Assembly (NCBI GenBank): GCA_905331295.1
Contig: CAJNYD010000596.1
Span: forward strand, 67,345-131,344
DNA length: 64,000 nt
Direction: 5' to 3'
Source of the DNA: Rotaria socialis
Taxonomy: Eukaryota
Each line of letters opens with the position of its first letter. Position 1 is the first letter of the stretch. Positions 1 to 11,493 of the stretch are shown here, in pieces. A model generated the notes under the pieces. It was given only the letters and a program-made list of their open reading frames with translations. It searched no databases and was not told the origin of the DNA. Both the position numbers and the translations under genes were made by a program.

Positions 1-654
1 CTGTCTCAACTGATCAGCTTCACACTATATCTAGTTAGTCATAAACCGAAGTTGATCGGTAATGAAATGATTAAAACTGCATTTGATCATTCTTCTCTTC
101 AACGAATCAATCTAATTACAAATGCTCGTTCAAATTGTTTTTCACGACGCAGAAATTTAGATGGCAACTTGACCTTTCGTTTGGTTAAAATGGATTGTAT
201 GACCTCGGATTTTCATGGTGTAAAAATTGATCATGCTTGCTATAAATTACACAGCAGACGCTATCTACCTTTGACGGGACAACTTCATATTCGTCGTCTC
301 GATCTTGATTTCAAGCAATGGAGATTACACTTACTAGTTGAATTCTTATCTGCTATGCCTTCGTTAATAACATTAACAATTAAAGGCTTCTGTTGTTGTA
401 ATAATATTTATTTCTGGCTATATGCCGACCGTTGGGAACAAATGTTGCAAAATTTGAAGGCATTGCAACATGTCACTATCGAGATTTACCTTGCTTTACC
501 AATAAGGTTGAGACAAGGGTGCGTGAAATCGTTCAACGAAAGTGTAGCAGAAAATTTTGAAACCTGCAAACGGATAAATTTGGTAGCCGGACCAAGAACG
601 AAAAAACCAGGTGTGGGATGTGTTCAGATTAGTGCTTCGCTTAATATGGGCTAG
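1..654 (+). CDS. C-terminal part of an F-box/LRR-like protein (bdelloid-expanded type); 5' end lies outside the window
   Basis: Frame is open from base 1 (LSQLISFTLY...) to TAG at 652-654. LRR-like segments LLVEFLSAMPSLITLTI and ADRWEQMLQNLKALQHVTI resemble this family. AATAAA at 753-758. Confidence 0.6.
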   Translation: MSQLISFTLYLVSHKPKLIGNEMIKTAFDHSSLQRINLITNARSNCFSRRRNLDGNLTFRLVKMDCMTSDFHGVKIDHACYKLHSRRYLPLTGQLHIRRLDLDFKQWRLHLLVEFLSAMPSLITLTIKGFCCCNNIYFWLYADRWEQMLQNLKALQHVTIEIYLALPIRLRQGCVKSFNESVAENFETCKRINLVAGPRTKKPGVGCVQISASLNMG

Positions 655-1063
655 AATATATTGACAAAGTTCAAAAGAATTACATCAATCATTCTTTTTT
701 TTTTCGTTAAATATTATTGTAAAAAGGTTTTTTTCATGATTATTATTCAAGAAATAAATTCACGATCATTTATTCTAATTTCTCTATTCTCATGTTGTAA
801 AATGGCAAAGATAATATGAGAAGCATTAATCTAAAACAATATGGATATTTTCTAAAAATCAAATGCAACTTAACATCGAGAAAAAGTTATTCATAAATGA
901 CCACAAATAATTTAGACAAAAAAAAAGAACACATATAGACGATGATGAACAACATCAGCGTTGTGATTATATCACTGCTTGAAATCTATTTTAAAGAAAA
1001 AACAAAAATTTGTTTCTTTTGTTCACTGTAACATGACAACATCTCGAAAGAATAGTTCGAGTA

Positions 1064-1191
1064 CTCGACGGGTGTATGGGTGTGGGTGAAAATAACATTG
1101 ATAGTCGCAGCCATACCCAAGTCCATATCCACACCCACACCCACACCTCAAGACTATCAATGTTCTTTTCATCCACACCCACACCCTCAAG
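1064..1191. mobile_element. MITE-like hairpin element built from telomere-like repeats (CTTGAGGGTGTGG family)
   Basis: ~40-bp imperfect inverted repeats: gggtgtgggtgaaaataacattgatagtc versus gactatcaatgttcttttcatccacacccacaccctcaag. Internal CACACC repeats are present. Confidence 0.7.
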
Positions 1192-1524
1192 AGTTCAACA
1201 GTCCGGTCGATAAATAAACAAAAAAAGTTCATACACTAGACTGGACTAGCGCATTACAATTGTTTCTTATTTCATTGTTAGTTTTTCTTTTTTTCTTAAA
1301 TAAAACGAACACAAATTAAATTACTCTATTATTCCAGTTGACTTGATATCCATCTTATTTGGTGACGTGTCTAGATTTCTGGCGATGGTAGATTTTCTTC
1401 TATCTACTGTATTTTGCATGTACATTAAACTGAGATGATGAAAAACCTAATTTGGTAAAGTATCCTTCGTTGATATAGATTTATTGATATTTAATATATT
1501 ATTAGAAGTTTATAAATACTAAAA

Positions 1525-1630
1525 GAATCCTGAGAATCGAATGGAAATCAAGAAATCCCAACGGGAATCCGATGGGAATTCAGGGAGTCCCATTGGAATC
1601 CGGGAATCCTGAATCCGCCTTTTCACCTTG
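1525..1630. mobile_element. Solo end of a CAAGGGG-family hAT-like element
   Basis: Ends in gaatccgccttttcaccttg, matching the TIR at 62367-62386 and resembling 31850-31870. Preceded by GAATCC subterminal repeats. No partner end found. Confidence 0.6.
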
Positions 1631-1803
1631 GAGTAAACCTCTGCGAGAGCCTGGATGAAATATGATAAATAAAATATTTAGCTTTTCTTCTTCCAATTAT
1701 TAACTATTAACGTCTATTATAATAATTATGATTTTGAAACACGTCCTATTCATCTGCAATGTCTTGCTTTCACATATACAACTCTGCTAGAAAATATTTT
1801 CGT

Positions 1804-1862
1804 TTTGATGGGTGTGAGAGTTGGTGGTACAAAACTGAGAATATGCTCACACCCACACCCAC
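1804..1862. repeat. Degenerate copy of the telomere-like hairpin element
   Basis: tttgatgggtgtgagag...ctcacacccacaccca inverted pair. Confidence 0.4.
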
Positions 1863-2908
1863 TTCTCACTTAGTGCTTTGAATTTGAGTATCGGCATGTT
1901 TACATAAATGAAGGACTTTGAATAATGTGCTTATATTGTCGCACATTTCAAGCAGCTCAGTAGGGTTTCTTTTTGAGTGTTAGCTGATTTTCTCTTTGTT
2001 CTGTTCTGCTTCTTCTTCTTCTTTTTGAATTTGAATGAATTATTTTTATCGTGGGTGGACAAGTGGCTGTGCAATTTAAATATCCAATTCTTCAACTGCA
2101 CATAAGTACTTATTTTGCTATCATACGCAGGAGACCGAAAAGCAAATAAAAAATAAAAGCATTTCAAAACAATTTTTAAATTTTCACTATGCTAGCTAGC
2201 ATCCTTATATTACTGCTCGCGATACGTGACAATATATATTATTAATAAAGAAGACCTATTCTATTGAGTTTGAGAAAAGAATATTTGATTTCAAGTATAT
2301 ATTTTAGAATAACAAATAAATCAATTTGAAAAACTAACAAACAAGAAAAGAAAGTTTTACTTGATTACTTATAAAAACTTTGTCAACTGATACTGTTCCA
2401 TCTTTTCCCAAGTAATATTAAATCGACAAAGTTGAGGGAAACTTTCAAATTACTTCATAAAAATCACCTGGTTCTGGTTCAACATTGTATACTAAAAATC
2501 CAGACAAAATTCCACACAAATTCAAGAATGTATTAACAAATAGCATGTCAGAAATCATGGCACTATTTTCGTCTTCAATATTATTTAGTTCAGACGAACA
2601 ATTTCTCTCCAAACATATGAATCAGTTTCAATATCTTCACAATAAATACTTTTTACGTGGCCTCAATTTAGTATTATTAAGCACCTATCGCCAACACGAC
2701 AATATTCAAATTCTATTTTATCAATTATTATCACATTCATTTCTTATACAATCAAATAATAATTTAAGCAACCGTTATATATTTCAACAATCGACTTTCG
2801 AAGAGAACCATCAATATTTCGATTCTAAATGATGATAAACAATCGAAATATTCAATATCTTCATCACGTTCAAAACCACTTTCAAATTCACCTTTACGAG
2901 CTAAAAAT

Positions 2909-3165
2909 CAGCAGTGTTTAAACTGGCAAGAACATACATGTCGAACTTGAAACTTGAATTCAACTGAAACTTCAAGTTTCAAGTTTCAACCTTCAAGTTT
3001 CAGGTTTGACGTTATTGCTCTGACACTACTGCTTCCCCGGCACCCACATTAAGGGTGCATATGTGTGTTTGTAGACAAGCGAATTTCCCTTCCTTGGCAC
3101 CCACACCCTTGAAACTTGAAACTTGAAGTTTCAGTTGAATTCAAGTTTCAAGTTTGACACTACTG
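2909..3165. mobile_element. hAT-like MITE (CAGTRGTGTC/AACTTGA family) with a nested telomere-like element
   Basis: ~50-bp near-perfect inverted repeats at 2939-2989 and 3109-3159. Right end is gacactactg. Same family as 19297-19386. Confidence 0.7.
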
Positions 3166-3401
3166 GAAAAAGGTTCGGTAGATTTGAAAAAGCATCCAAA
3201 TGCATCATACTGTCTGAAAAACACTTCTTTTTTTCTACGGAACCTTTAAAGGTTCTTCCCGTGTATCCGGGGGAAGAACCTTTAAAGGTGCCGTAGAAAA
3301 AAAGAAGTGTTTTTCAGACAGTATGATGCATTTGGATGCTTTTTCAAATCTACCGAACCTTTTTTCCAGGGTTCGGTGGAAAACCTATTTTTTTTAGAGT
3401 G
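3163..3401. mobile_element. Palindromic MITE with a CACTCTAAAAA-type right end; left terminus lost
   Basis: Arms 3163-3260 and 3271-3369 are near-perfect reverse complements (about one mismatch and one indel) around a 10-nt loop. The element ends tttttagagtg followed by TA. Confidence 0.75.
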
Positions 3402-3631
3402 TAGTCATTTTGTTATCTTCTCCAAGGAAATTTAACCTTTACTTGTAGAACGTATGATCTTGCTGAAACAATGGTGGATATAATGTGTTGCTAATTGAAG
3501 TAAACAACGTCAAGAGCCATATTGTTTTTACTTTCACTTTCACCATCACACTCAAACACTTAAGGGCATAAAAAGAATACTATTCACAACGAACAAATGT
3601 TGAGTTACATAAAATTGCACTTGAAAGAGTG

Positions 3632-5272
3632 ATGGAGCCGCTTACGCCCAATTCCCAACATCAATTTTTTACAAATGTTCAGCCTTATGTAAGATATTTA
3701 TCATTAGTTTCTAACAAAACTAGAGATTATTTTATCAGAATTCAATGATCCCGAATGTGAAGGGTGAGCATACCAACGTTAAGGAAACGAATACCGCATT
3801 TAAACATATGCCATCGATAAAACCTGCGTAATAAATAATTATGTAGAACTTTGTGACATCATAGAAAGCACTTTGAATTTGTCTATCTGCAGGAAAGCAT
3901 CACAAAGTAGTTGGAAGAATGTTATGGTCGTTATATGTATCATCCATGTCATCCTCCTTGTGGCCGCTGTGATCGTCATTCCAATATATATCAGTCGTCT
4001 GATCGCATCAGGTTTGTTGTTTCTTGAGTATCATATTTGAGCTTTTGATTTTCTACCTAGAGTAGATCATTACGCCTTTCTGTATATAATATTCATGTTA
4101 AATCAACAGACTCTTGATTACTGAATAAATGAGGAAAAAAGGAATTATGCAGTATTTTCTTTCTCTCTGTCCTGTGATAATTCATGCGCGCAGAGCAACC
4201 TGAAAGTAGGCTATTCACTGTTCTGCTAACAATCGAACGTGTTTTCTTTTTATGCAGAAGGCTTAGGTACATTTTCAGAACTTTGAATAGTCTTTCTTTA
4301 CGATTTCAAAAAGCCTGTAGTGCTCCATTCGCAGAGGGTAGTCGCGCTTATTTTCAAAAACTGCGTTTGAAAATATGGTCGCGAGGGAGTGGCAGGAAAG
4401 TTGAGCTAGTAGAACTCAATGTTGATATGAAAAATAGCTCAATCAAAGCCCATACATGGGTGAACAAAAATAAATGACACATGACAAAAATATTCCTACA
4501 TCGCTTTTATCTTGTAAAGATTTATTTCATTTTATTATATTTGTTAAAACTCCAAAGCCGAATAAGAGATTTTGAAATATGACCAAGAATAATATTTCTG
4601 TCAAATAGTTGATGCAAAAACTCGAAATACTTCGACTCTGGAACAACCCTATCTTTTTAAGTGTCATTGATTTCATATATGATTTCGAAGAGTTAACCAT
4701 TGTGAAAATTTATTTTTGCTTTAGGAATCACGACAACAACTGTTGCTACAAGTAAAAAATTCTATCCTTGATGTATTCAGTAGAAAATTTTCTCTATTTA
4801 TAGCTGTCTCCTTACCCAGTCAATGCTCTAACTACACACTCGATACAGATGCCACTCGCCTTTTAACGTACACTATTGGTTCGTCAGGTTGTGATGTTAC
4901 TACTTATTCTACACCACTAAAATATTGTTCAAAAATATACATGTGCTTAACCTTCTTCTTGGGAGTAACGGTATTTTAACGGATCTCCTACATATGTGAA
5001 TAGTTACTTGGGTACGTTTTACGGGTGGAGGTGCAACTCAATTAGCTACAACTACTCCTCAAACTTATCGGTGTGCAACATCGGCCACAGGTTGGCTAGT
5101 TAGCGCTCTACCATCGACTGTTGGTTCAGTGGTTTCCGGACTCGTTTGTTTCAACTGGTCAAGCAGTATTTGCTACTGGTCTACCACGATTTCGGTTGCT
5201 AACTGTAATACCTTTTATATCTTTCTCCTTGTTTCTCCATCACAATGTAGTTTGCGCTATTGCACTCAATGA
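3632..5272 (+). CDS. Type II membrane protein with a C-terminal uromodulin/GP2/OIT3-like D8C domain; multi-exon, possibly disrupted at 4919-5007
   Basis: Phase-consistent exons give MEPLTPNSQ...|NSMIP...|KASQSSWKN-VMVVICIIHVILLVAAVIVIPIYI (TM)|GITTTTVAT|VSLPSQCSNY...GCD...WVRFTGGGATQL...CATSATGWL...VCFNW...C...VANCNTFYIFLL...CSLRYCTQ*. This is the Cys/Trp pattern of D8C domains. Confidence 0.75.
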
Positions 5273-5357
5273 AGTAGACATTGCTTGTTTTTTCGATCTT
5301 TTTTTCAAATATACATAGAAATTTAAGTCTAACGAAGATTTTTGTTTATTGAGAAAA

Positions 5358-5720
5358 TTAAGGGCGTGAAGGTTGATACCGTTTTCCTCGTGACCCACAT
5401 CCATACCCACATCCTAATGCTATTGGCACGCGTTGTAATTTCATATGGATGAAGGTGTTTTAAATATCGAGCATTTATAATTCGATAACATTTCTTATTG
5501 TATTCATTAATTGCCTTGCGCTGAGCAAAAAGGAATAAGTGACTGTTGAGTTTTTTTTCCATTTCTGCCAATGAAAATTGAATTTGCTTTTCTTTCATTC
5601 CAACAATGCAGTACAATATGTATTGTATGCGGGTGGGGTGTGTGTGGGGTGTGAGTGTGTGTGAGTGTGAGTGTGGGTTTGGGTGTCACTCTTATGTTAA
5701 CACACATCCACACCCTCAAG
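5358..5720. mobile_element. ~360-bp member of the telomere-like-repeat TIR family
   Basis: Right end cacatccacaccctcaag is preceded by a TGTGGG/TGTGAG array (5630-5685). Degenerate left end ttaagggcgtg...cccacatccatacccacatcc. Confidence 0.55.
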
Positions 5721-5727
5721 TAGTGAG

Positions 5728-5919
5728 TAGGGGTGGCACTTTAACTTTAAGCTTTGATTAAACTAAACACTTTCACATTTTAATTAGACTAGTACTTTAA
5801 CTTTAATTTTAATTTTAAAGTTTAAAGTTGCAGTTAAACCAAGAGAGAGTTGAACACGAAGTGCTAAAAATTAGTTGTCACTTTAACTCTGGCTTTTTAA
5901 AGTTAAAGTGCCACCCCTA
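5728..5919. mobile_element. hAT-type MITE, 192 bp
   Basis: TIR taggggtggcactttaactttaa / ttaaagttaaagtgccaccccta. Perfect 8-bp TSD gtagtgag at 5720-5727 and 5920-5927. Confidence 0.9.
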
Positions 5920-7277
5920 GTAGTGAGTCTTAAACAAGTACGAGACGATGAAAGAAAGAGTGAGTGGCTTAACTTAGAGTTTCACTATTGGGTATGGGAA
6001 GATAACGCTACGCAAACTTAAGAAGACAATATTTCTTATACGTTTGTGTTAATGACTTTGAGATACAGAACGGTCTCTGCCATTCATAGAACAGTTGACT
6101 GTTAGATTTCTATTATGTTTCACAATTCAAAATTTTGAAGAAAAACTTTTCTAAGCGGTATTTATACGGTGTGAAGATGAATATTTCTTAATTTTTTAGT
6201 TTCAAACACATCTATATCTTCAATAAGTACGTAAAACTGTTCTATGAAATAATCTATTTGTAAAAAAATTGTTTTTGTTTATATTCGAATAGCAAATTCC
6301 ACTTCAACTTTGAGGAGTAAGTGAATTTAGAATAATTATTTTTTCTAGTAATTCAGAAACAATAGTACTTCCAGTTCTACAAATTAAGTTTATAATTTAT
6401 CGCTGGGAATTTCCCTGAAGCTATTTTCTTTTGTAAAACAAATTCTGAATGTTGATATTATTTACACGTAAGTTAGATGACTGAAGCAATGGAATGAAAC
6501 ATCTTTGATTAGAAAATGCCAGTTTGGCATATCCTACAAATTTTGCAAATCAGATCATATTTCTATCAACGTTTTCTTTGTTTTACCTATGGAAAAATTG
6601 ATATAAGCGCGAATAACGATTGATAAAGTCAAAATTAACTTGTACATTTTTTTATCAATGTCATACTCTCAGATATTCCAACCGATGTATGCATGCTACA
6701 AAGCCAATCACGAAAATATTCATGTCTGAGACAAGTTGAGAAAAAAAATCAATTAGAAACTTTCTGTAAAAGCTCAATGAAACGATATATATTGTTTTCA
6801 AAAACGAAAAGGATAAATAATTGGTATCGTGCACAGCTTATAGTCGAACATTTTTTTTTCAAGCTAAATTAACCTGTAGGCCATTTAAACGTGCATCGAT
6901 TACCTATGAAGATGTCTTATTGTTCATCTACGCAATAAAAATCGATATGATTCTAATTCTGCAATATCTACAAGTTCATGATAGAATGAACTTAGGAGAA
7001 TAGTGTTCAGTTTTCTATATTTTCATTCATGACTTTCTGAGCCGTTCTTAGCCCATACATAAAATTTGTTAGTTTCTTGTAGAGAAAATGTTTAAAATAA
7101 ACCAAGTTAGATATTTCAATTCGATAATTCACTGTGTTATTTTGTAATCTTTGGATAATTTATGTGGAAGTAAAATATACTGCCCATAATTATAGAAAGT
7201 ACTATGTCTATTCATAGTACGACTAAAATCTAATGAAAAAAAAACTGTCTAATCAAATTATTCAACAAACTATTGTA

Positions 7278-8805
7278 GATTCTACTGATCCATTGCCAAG
7301 ACCAAGAGAACCATTAAGTTTAGAAGCATTATGCATGATAATCAAAGCAAAAATTCGAAGAGATCATCCTAATGCAATATTTCCATATTTGCCTACAAGA
7401 AATGGTAATTTAGCTTCATATTTAGCATTCGTTCGTCAACATGGTTCAGTGATCGAAGGCCGATATACATTGGGAAGTGTACCAGCCTCCGATTACGATT
7501 ATGTTACATGTGTGTATTATAATCTTCACAATATTGAAATCTCACGTTTACAAATAAGTACAAAACCTGGTTTCTGTGACGTTACGAGTACTGGTATACC
7601 ATAATGTAAGAAAACTAGAAATGCTAGTCTATGGTATTTCTTCATCTCCAACCGGTGGCTATGTATCACTTGATGGTATATATGTACCAACGCGAGGAGT
7701 TTCAAATTATGGTAATGCATTCGGTTACAGAGACTCTGGAATTTGTACCTCAATGTGTGTTAGTAAATTTAACATGCCTAATGAACAGATTAAAGTCGAT
7801 TCGGCTACTGGAATATCAACCTGGAGTATCGTACCAAAGCGTTTAGATTCAAGTTCTACAGTTCGATTGGAAAAAGTTCTTGTCGGATCATCAAATGCTG
7901 ATATTGGAATTACTACCATTGTTCCCGTAGTTCAACAAAATAATGGTCAACTTGTTGAATTAAATTCTATTTCTGGTCAAGCAAATTCGCCAATTACAGA
8001 TTTTCCAACTGATGATAACATTGATATATTTTTTGTATCAGTCACGATGTTTCCAAGCTATCCTGGTAGGATAGTCGATCCTAGTCAAGTATCAGTAATT
8101 AACTGTCGATTATTGTTCTCTCCTTGGCAACTCAAATGAATCCCCGAATGCAAATAATATGTATCCTTACTTTCTGCCAAATAATATGGATTCTAACAAT
8201 AACAATTATAATCAACAAGCTCTCGTATGCTTACTGCCTTGTATTGCTTGATGAGCTTTATTCTCTATGTTTAAATTCTCTAGCTTTACTGTTTCGTTCA
8301 CCCATTCAGCAACAAAATCTTGGTCAATCATTCAGTGGTCTATCATCTTCCAACATTTTTTAGTATATTTCAGGATCAAACAATGGTAAAATATGTCTCT
8401 CGTGACTCTAGATGCGAATCAAGTCGATCCACTGTCTAGTGCTTCATGCAGACAATCACAATCGTTAACAATGGCTAGTAGTTCATCTAATGTCAATGCT
8501 CAAGGTAATATTTGGCAGATCAATATCGATCAAACATACGGTTTATCTGTCAAAGTTGATACCCTTCGAGTTAATACTGAAGAGCAACGTATTACTGGAA
8601 TTGTTCTTCTCATGTTGATTGATGCTAATCAACAACAAATTGGTCCATTTGTTTCTCAAATAAATGATGGCAGTATTTTAACAATTCAAAATCTCCCATC
8701 AACATCTATTTCAACTATTCATCTTCAATTTCCCGATGGTACTGAATCTTCCGGTTATTCAGTAGATATGGTTCTGTGTCCACAGACAACTGCTGCATCA
8801 TCAAG
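7278..8805 (+). pseudogene. Fragmented or degraded gene for an unknown Ser/Thr-rich, probably extracellular protein
   Basis: Protein-like ORF pieces at 7233-7604, 7576-8139 and 8393-8824 are broken by a stop (cca TAA tgt, 7602-7604) and by apparent frameshifts near 8120 and 8395. No family recognised. Confidence 0.5.
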
Positions 8806-8852
8806 TATACTAAAAATGTTTTAATTTCCTAGCTTGTTTATTTCATAGAAAG

Positions 8853-8938
8853 TGGCTATGTGCACTCTGGTGCACGTAGCCAACCGACTATGTGCATCTA
8901 TGTGCATACAACCAAATGACTATGTCTACTCAGCTGGG
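8853..8938. repeat. Short hairpin or MITE end with CTATGTGCA repeats
   Basis: tggctatgtgcac...gtgcacgtagcca hairpin, repeated ctatgtgca, ending cagctggg. Confidence 0.45.
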
Positions 8939-8939
8939 C

Positions 8940-9790
8940 TATAATCAATTAAGTAGTTGATATCAAGTTATATTACAGTCTTATATGTACTTCATTATTA
9001 GTATAAATAATATTCCTTAATTGATTAGTAATTTCAATCTATTAATTATTTTATCAGATTCAAATATAATACAAATCAAGCATTAAAATCAAACAAATAG
9101 AATGGGAAAGAGTGAATGCAAAAGTAAAGATCAACTACTCATTTAGAAACATTTCTAACGCTTCCTCTGTTAGGCACTGAACATAATGGCTGTACTTTAC
9201 TATTTTGTGCGTACTTTGAAGAAGCACATTACATATATGTACATATATGAGCACTCTTACTCTATGTTAATGGTACCCTCTTTCTTGAATTTAAAAATTA
9301 TATAAAGAAAGATTTTATATCTTTTTGTGATTAATTAACTTTCAAAATTGAAAATTAAAAGCGCAAAAAGTTTTCAATTTCCGACGATTCTGTTTATCGA
9401 GTTCAAATAATTAATATCCACTGAAGAAATATTTAAAACGAGAATAATAGACGAGTATAGAAAAACCATTTCATCATTATTTTCTTATGTACAATTATCT
9501 TCAACTGGTCATTAGATGTTAAATATATTGACAATAATACAATGCAATCGTTTGATTCAGTGTCTAAGATAAGAGCCGCTAGAAATGTTTCTAAACTAAT
9601 AGTCGATCTTTACTTTTGCATTCGCTTTTCTCTTTATATTTGTTTGATTGTAATATTTGCTTTGTATTCTATTTGAATTTAATAAAATAATTCATAGATT
9701 TACATCACTAATAAATTACGAATTTTTATTTATATGTTATCAATAAGACTATAATGCAACTTAATATTGACTGTTTAGACGATTATAAGT
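8940..9790. repeat. Old foldback: two diverged ~250-bp inverted arms
   Basis: 8940-~9190 aligns to the reverse complement of ~9550-9790, e.g. gaatgcaaaagtaaagatcaactactcatttagaaacatttcta versus tagaaatgtttctaaactaatagtcgatctttacttttgcattc. Confidence 0.75.
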
Positions 9791-10263
9791 GCCTGAACGC
9801 ACATTGGGCGCCTTCAGTTTTTACAAAGAATGCATTTCAAATGATAAGGAATTCGCTGAAAAACCAGCGATGGAATGGGCATGATCGATTTTCTGATTAT
9901 CAGAGTCATAAGTATGCTTCAATAAAATTCACTGAAACAGGTCCTCAAATTTCCCAATAGAAGATCGTCATTTAAAATAGAACAATAAGTATCCCACAAT
10001 ATCTTTCGATCTAAGCCAGATACGACGGATGAGATACAAAATTTTCATTATCTATCGAGTATGTAAGTCCGATCTTTTGGCATATTCGAATTATTATTAA
10101 AATTTGTATTTTGTATGTCGGAGAAGGAAGTTTTATGACAAAGTTATCGAAAATAAATCTTCTTTCTGAAGTAAAAGAGACAATTATAGAGATTCACATG
10201 ATAGAATACTGTTTCAGCTCACCGCATTTGATAAACGATCATAAAATAATAATTCACTTTTAG

Positions 10264-10794
10264 AAAGTTGTAATCAAGGTTATAATAGTCAATCAGGACA
10301 ATCTATACAGCAAAACTCGCTTTTGCAGCCGCACCAGTTGAAACCATATCATCACCGATATCAAATGTTGCCAGTTTCACAAGTTCGACAGCCATCACAA
10401 GTACAACAGCCTGGATAAGTTTATCAACAAGGTCATTCTAGAAAACCACCGCACTTAGGACAAGCTGGCCAACAACGCATACCATGGCAATCTCCAGAAC
10501 CTACACCACTGAATCAACAAAGTCAATCTTGGCGATCGCCCTATTCAGGACAATCTAGTCAATAACTGTCGCCTTCGCAATCTCAACAGCTTGTACCAGT
10601 TAATCAACAAGGTCATTCTAGGAAACTACCATATTTAGGACAAGTTAGTCAACAACAAACTCCCTGGCTGTACCCACAACCTGCACCACTCAATCAACTT
10701 GACAAGTCTTGGCAATCACCCTATTCAGGGCAAGCTGGTCAACAACAAACACCAAGGCAACCCAATCAAACAGCAAAACCAGGAAGTCCCCTGG
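10264..10794 (+). pseudogene. Gln/Pro-rich exon with a 180-bp (60-aa) internal tandem duplication and two in-frame TAA stops
   Basis: Flanked by AG and GTAAG. Translates as QQGHSRKPPHLGQAGQQRIPWQSP...SPYSGQ twice (units start near 10424 and 10604). Stops at gga TAA and caa TAA. Confidence 0.65.
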
Positions 10795-11363
10795 GTAAGA
10801 TATATGATAGTTCCAGCTTTAGAGATTTTCCTACAACATTGCGTTAGTGTTATAAGTCATGTCACGAAAACTGGCTTTTAAAATTACTGCTAGCGCGCCA
10901 ATAATGTGGTGGATGCTTCAAGCTAGTATTACATAGGATGACGTTTTAGACAATTTAAAATAATAATAGGAGTTGAAAGTATTCTTTCTAACAATTTTTA
11001 TTTAATCGGGAAACGAATGAAAGTTGATTTTGGCTGAACTTAATGCTGATAATTTATCGCATTCTTATTTATGGACTTGATGTTTGGTTTTTGCTTCAAG
11101 AAGTTTTAATTTGGGAAAAACTTTTACTGAAAAATTGAACTGAAGAAGGCGTCGGTAATGTTGGATCAATTTGCTTGCCATCAGAATAATCCAGTTTCTC
11201 GCATAATGTGAATAGAAAAACAAGATGTATCGTCGAAAGAAATAAGGCAAAATTGAATAGTTGTCTAGTCAAACCTGAATCTTTATTATTGGAGTGATTT
11301 ATGAAACAATAGAGATAATAATTCTTGTTACTGTTAATAATGACTGGGTTGAACATTGATCAT

Positions 11364-11493
11364 TAGGGGTATGACAGTTCAGTTTTAGTTCCTATCAAAT
11401 GAACTATTCAGACAGTTCCTTAGATCTGATCTGCTCGAACAGTTCGTTCGTTCATTTTATCTGAACTTAGATCTGAGAACTGTTACACCCCTA
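11364..11493. mobile_element. hAT-type MITE, 130 bp
   Basis: TIR taggggtatgacagttc / gaactgttacaccccta. Perfect 8-bp TSD ttgatcat at 11356-11363 and 11494-11501. Confidence 0.9.

Noticed and set aside
991..1232. VWVWVW / CGCGCG ORFs (also 5329-5719)
   Set aside because: Translation artefacts of TGTGGG repeats.
2340..2880. Possible retroelement ORF remnant
   Set aside because: No RT, endonuclease or gag motif is recognisable.
7602..10567. TAA read as Gln (ciliate-like genetic code)
   Set aside because: Intact genes here end in TAA and have no internal TAA. The in-frame stops are better explained as decay, and the 7278-8805 locus also has frameshifts.
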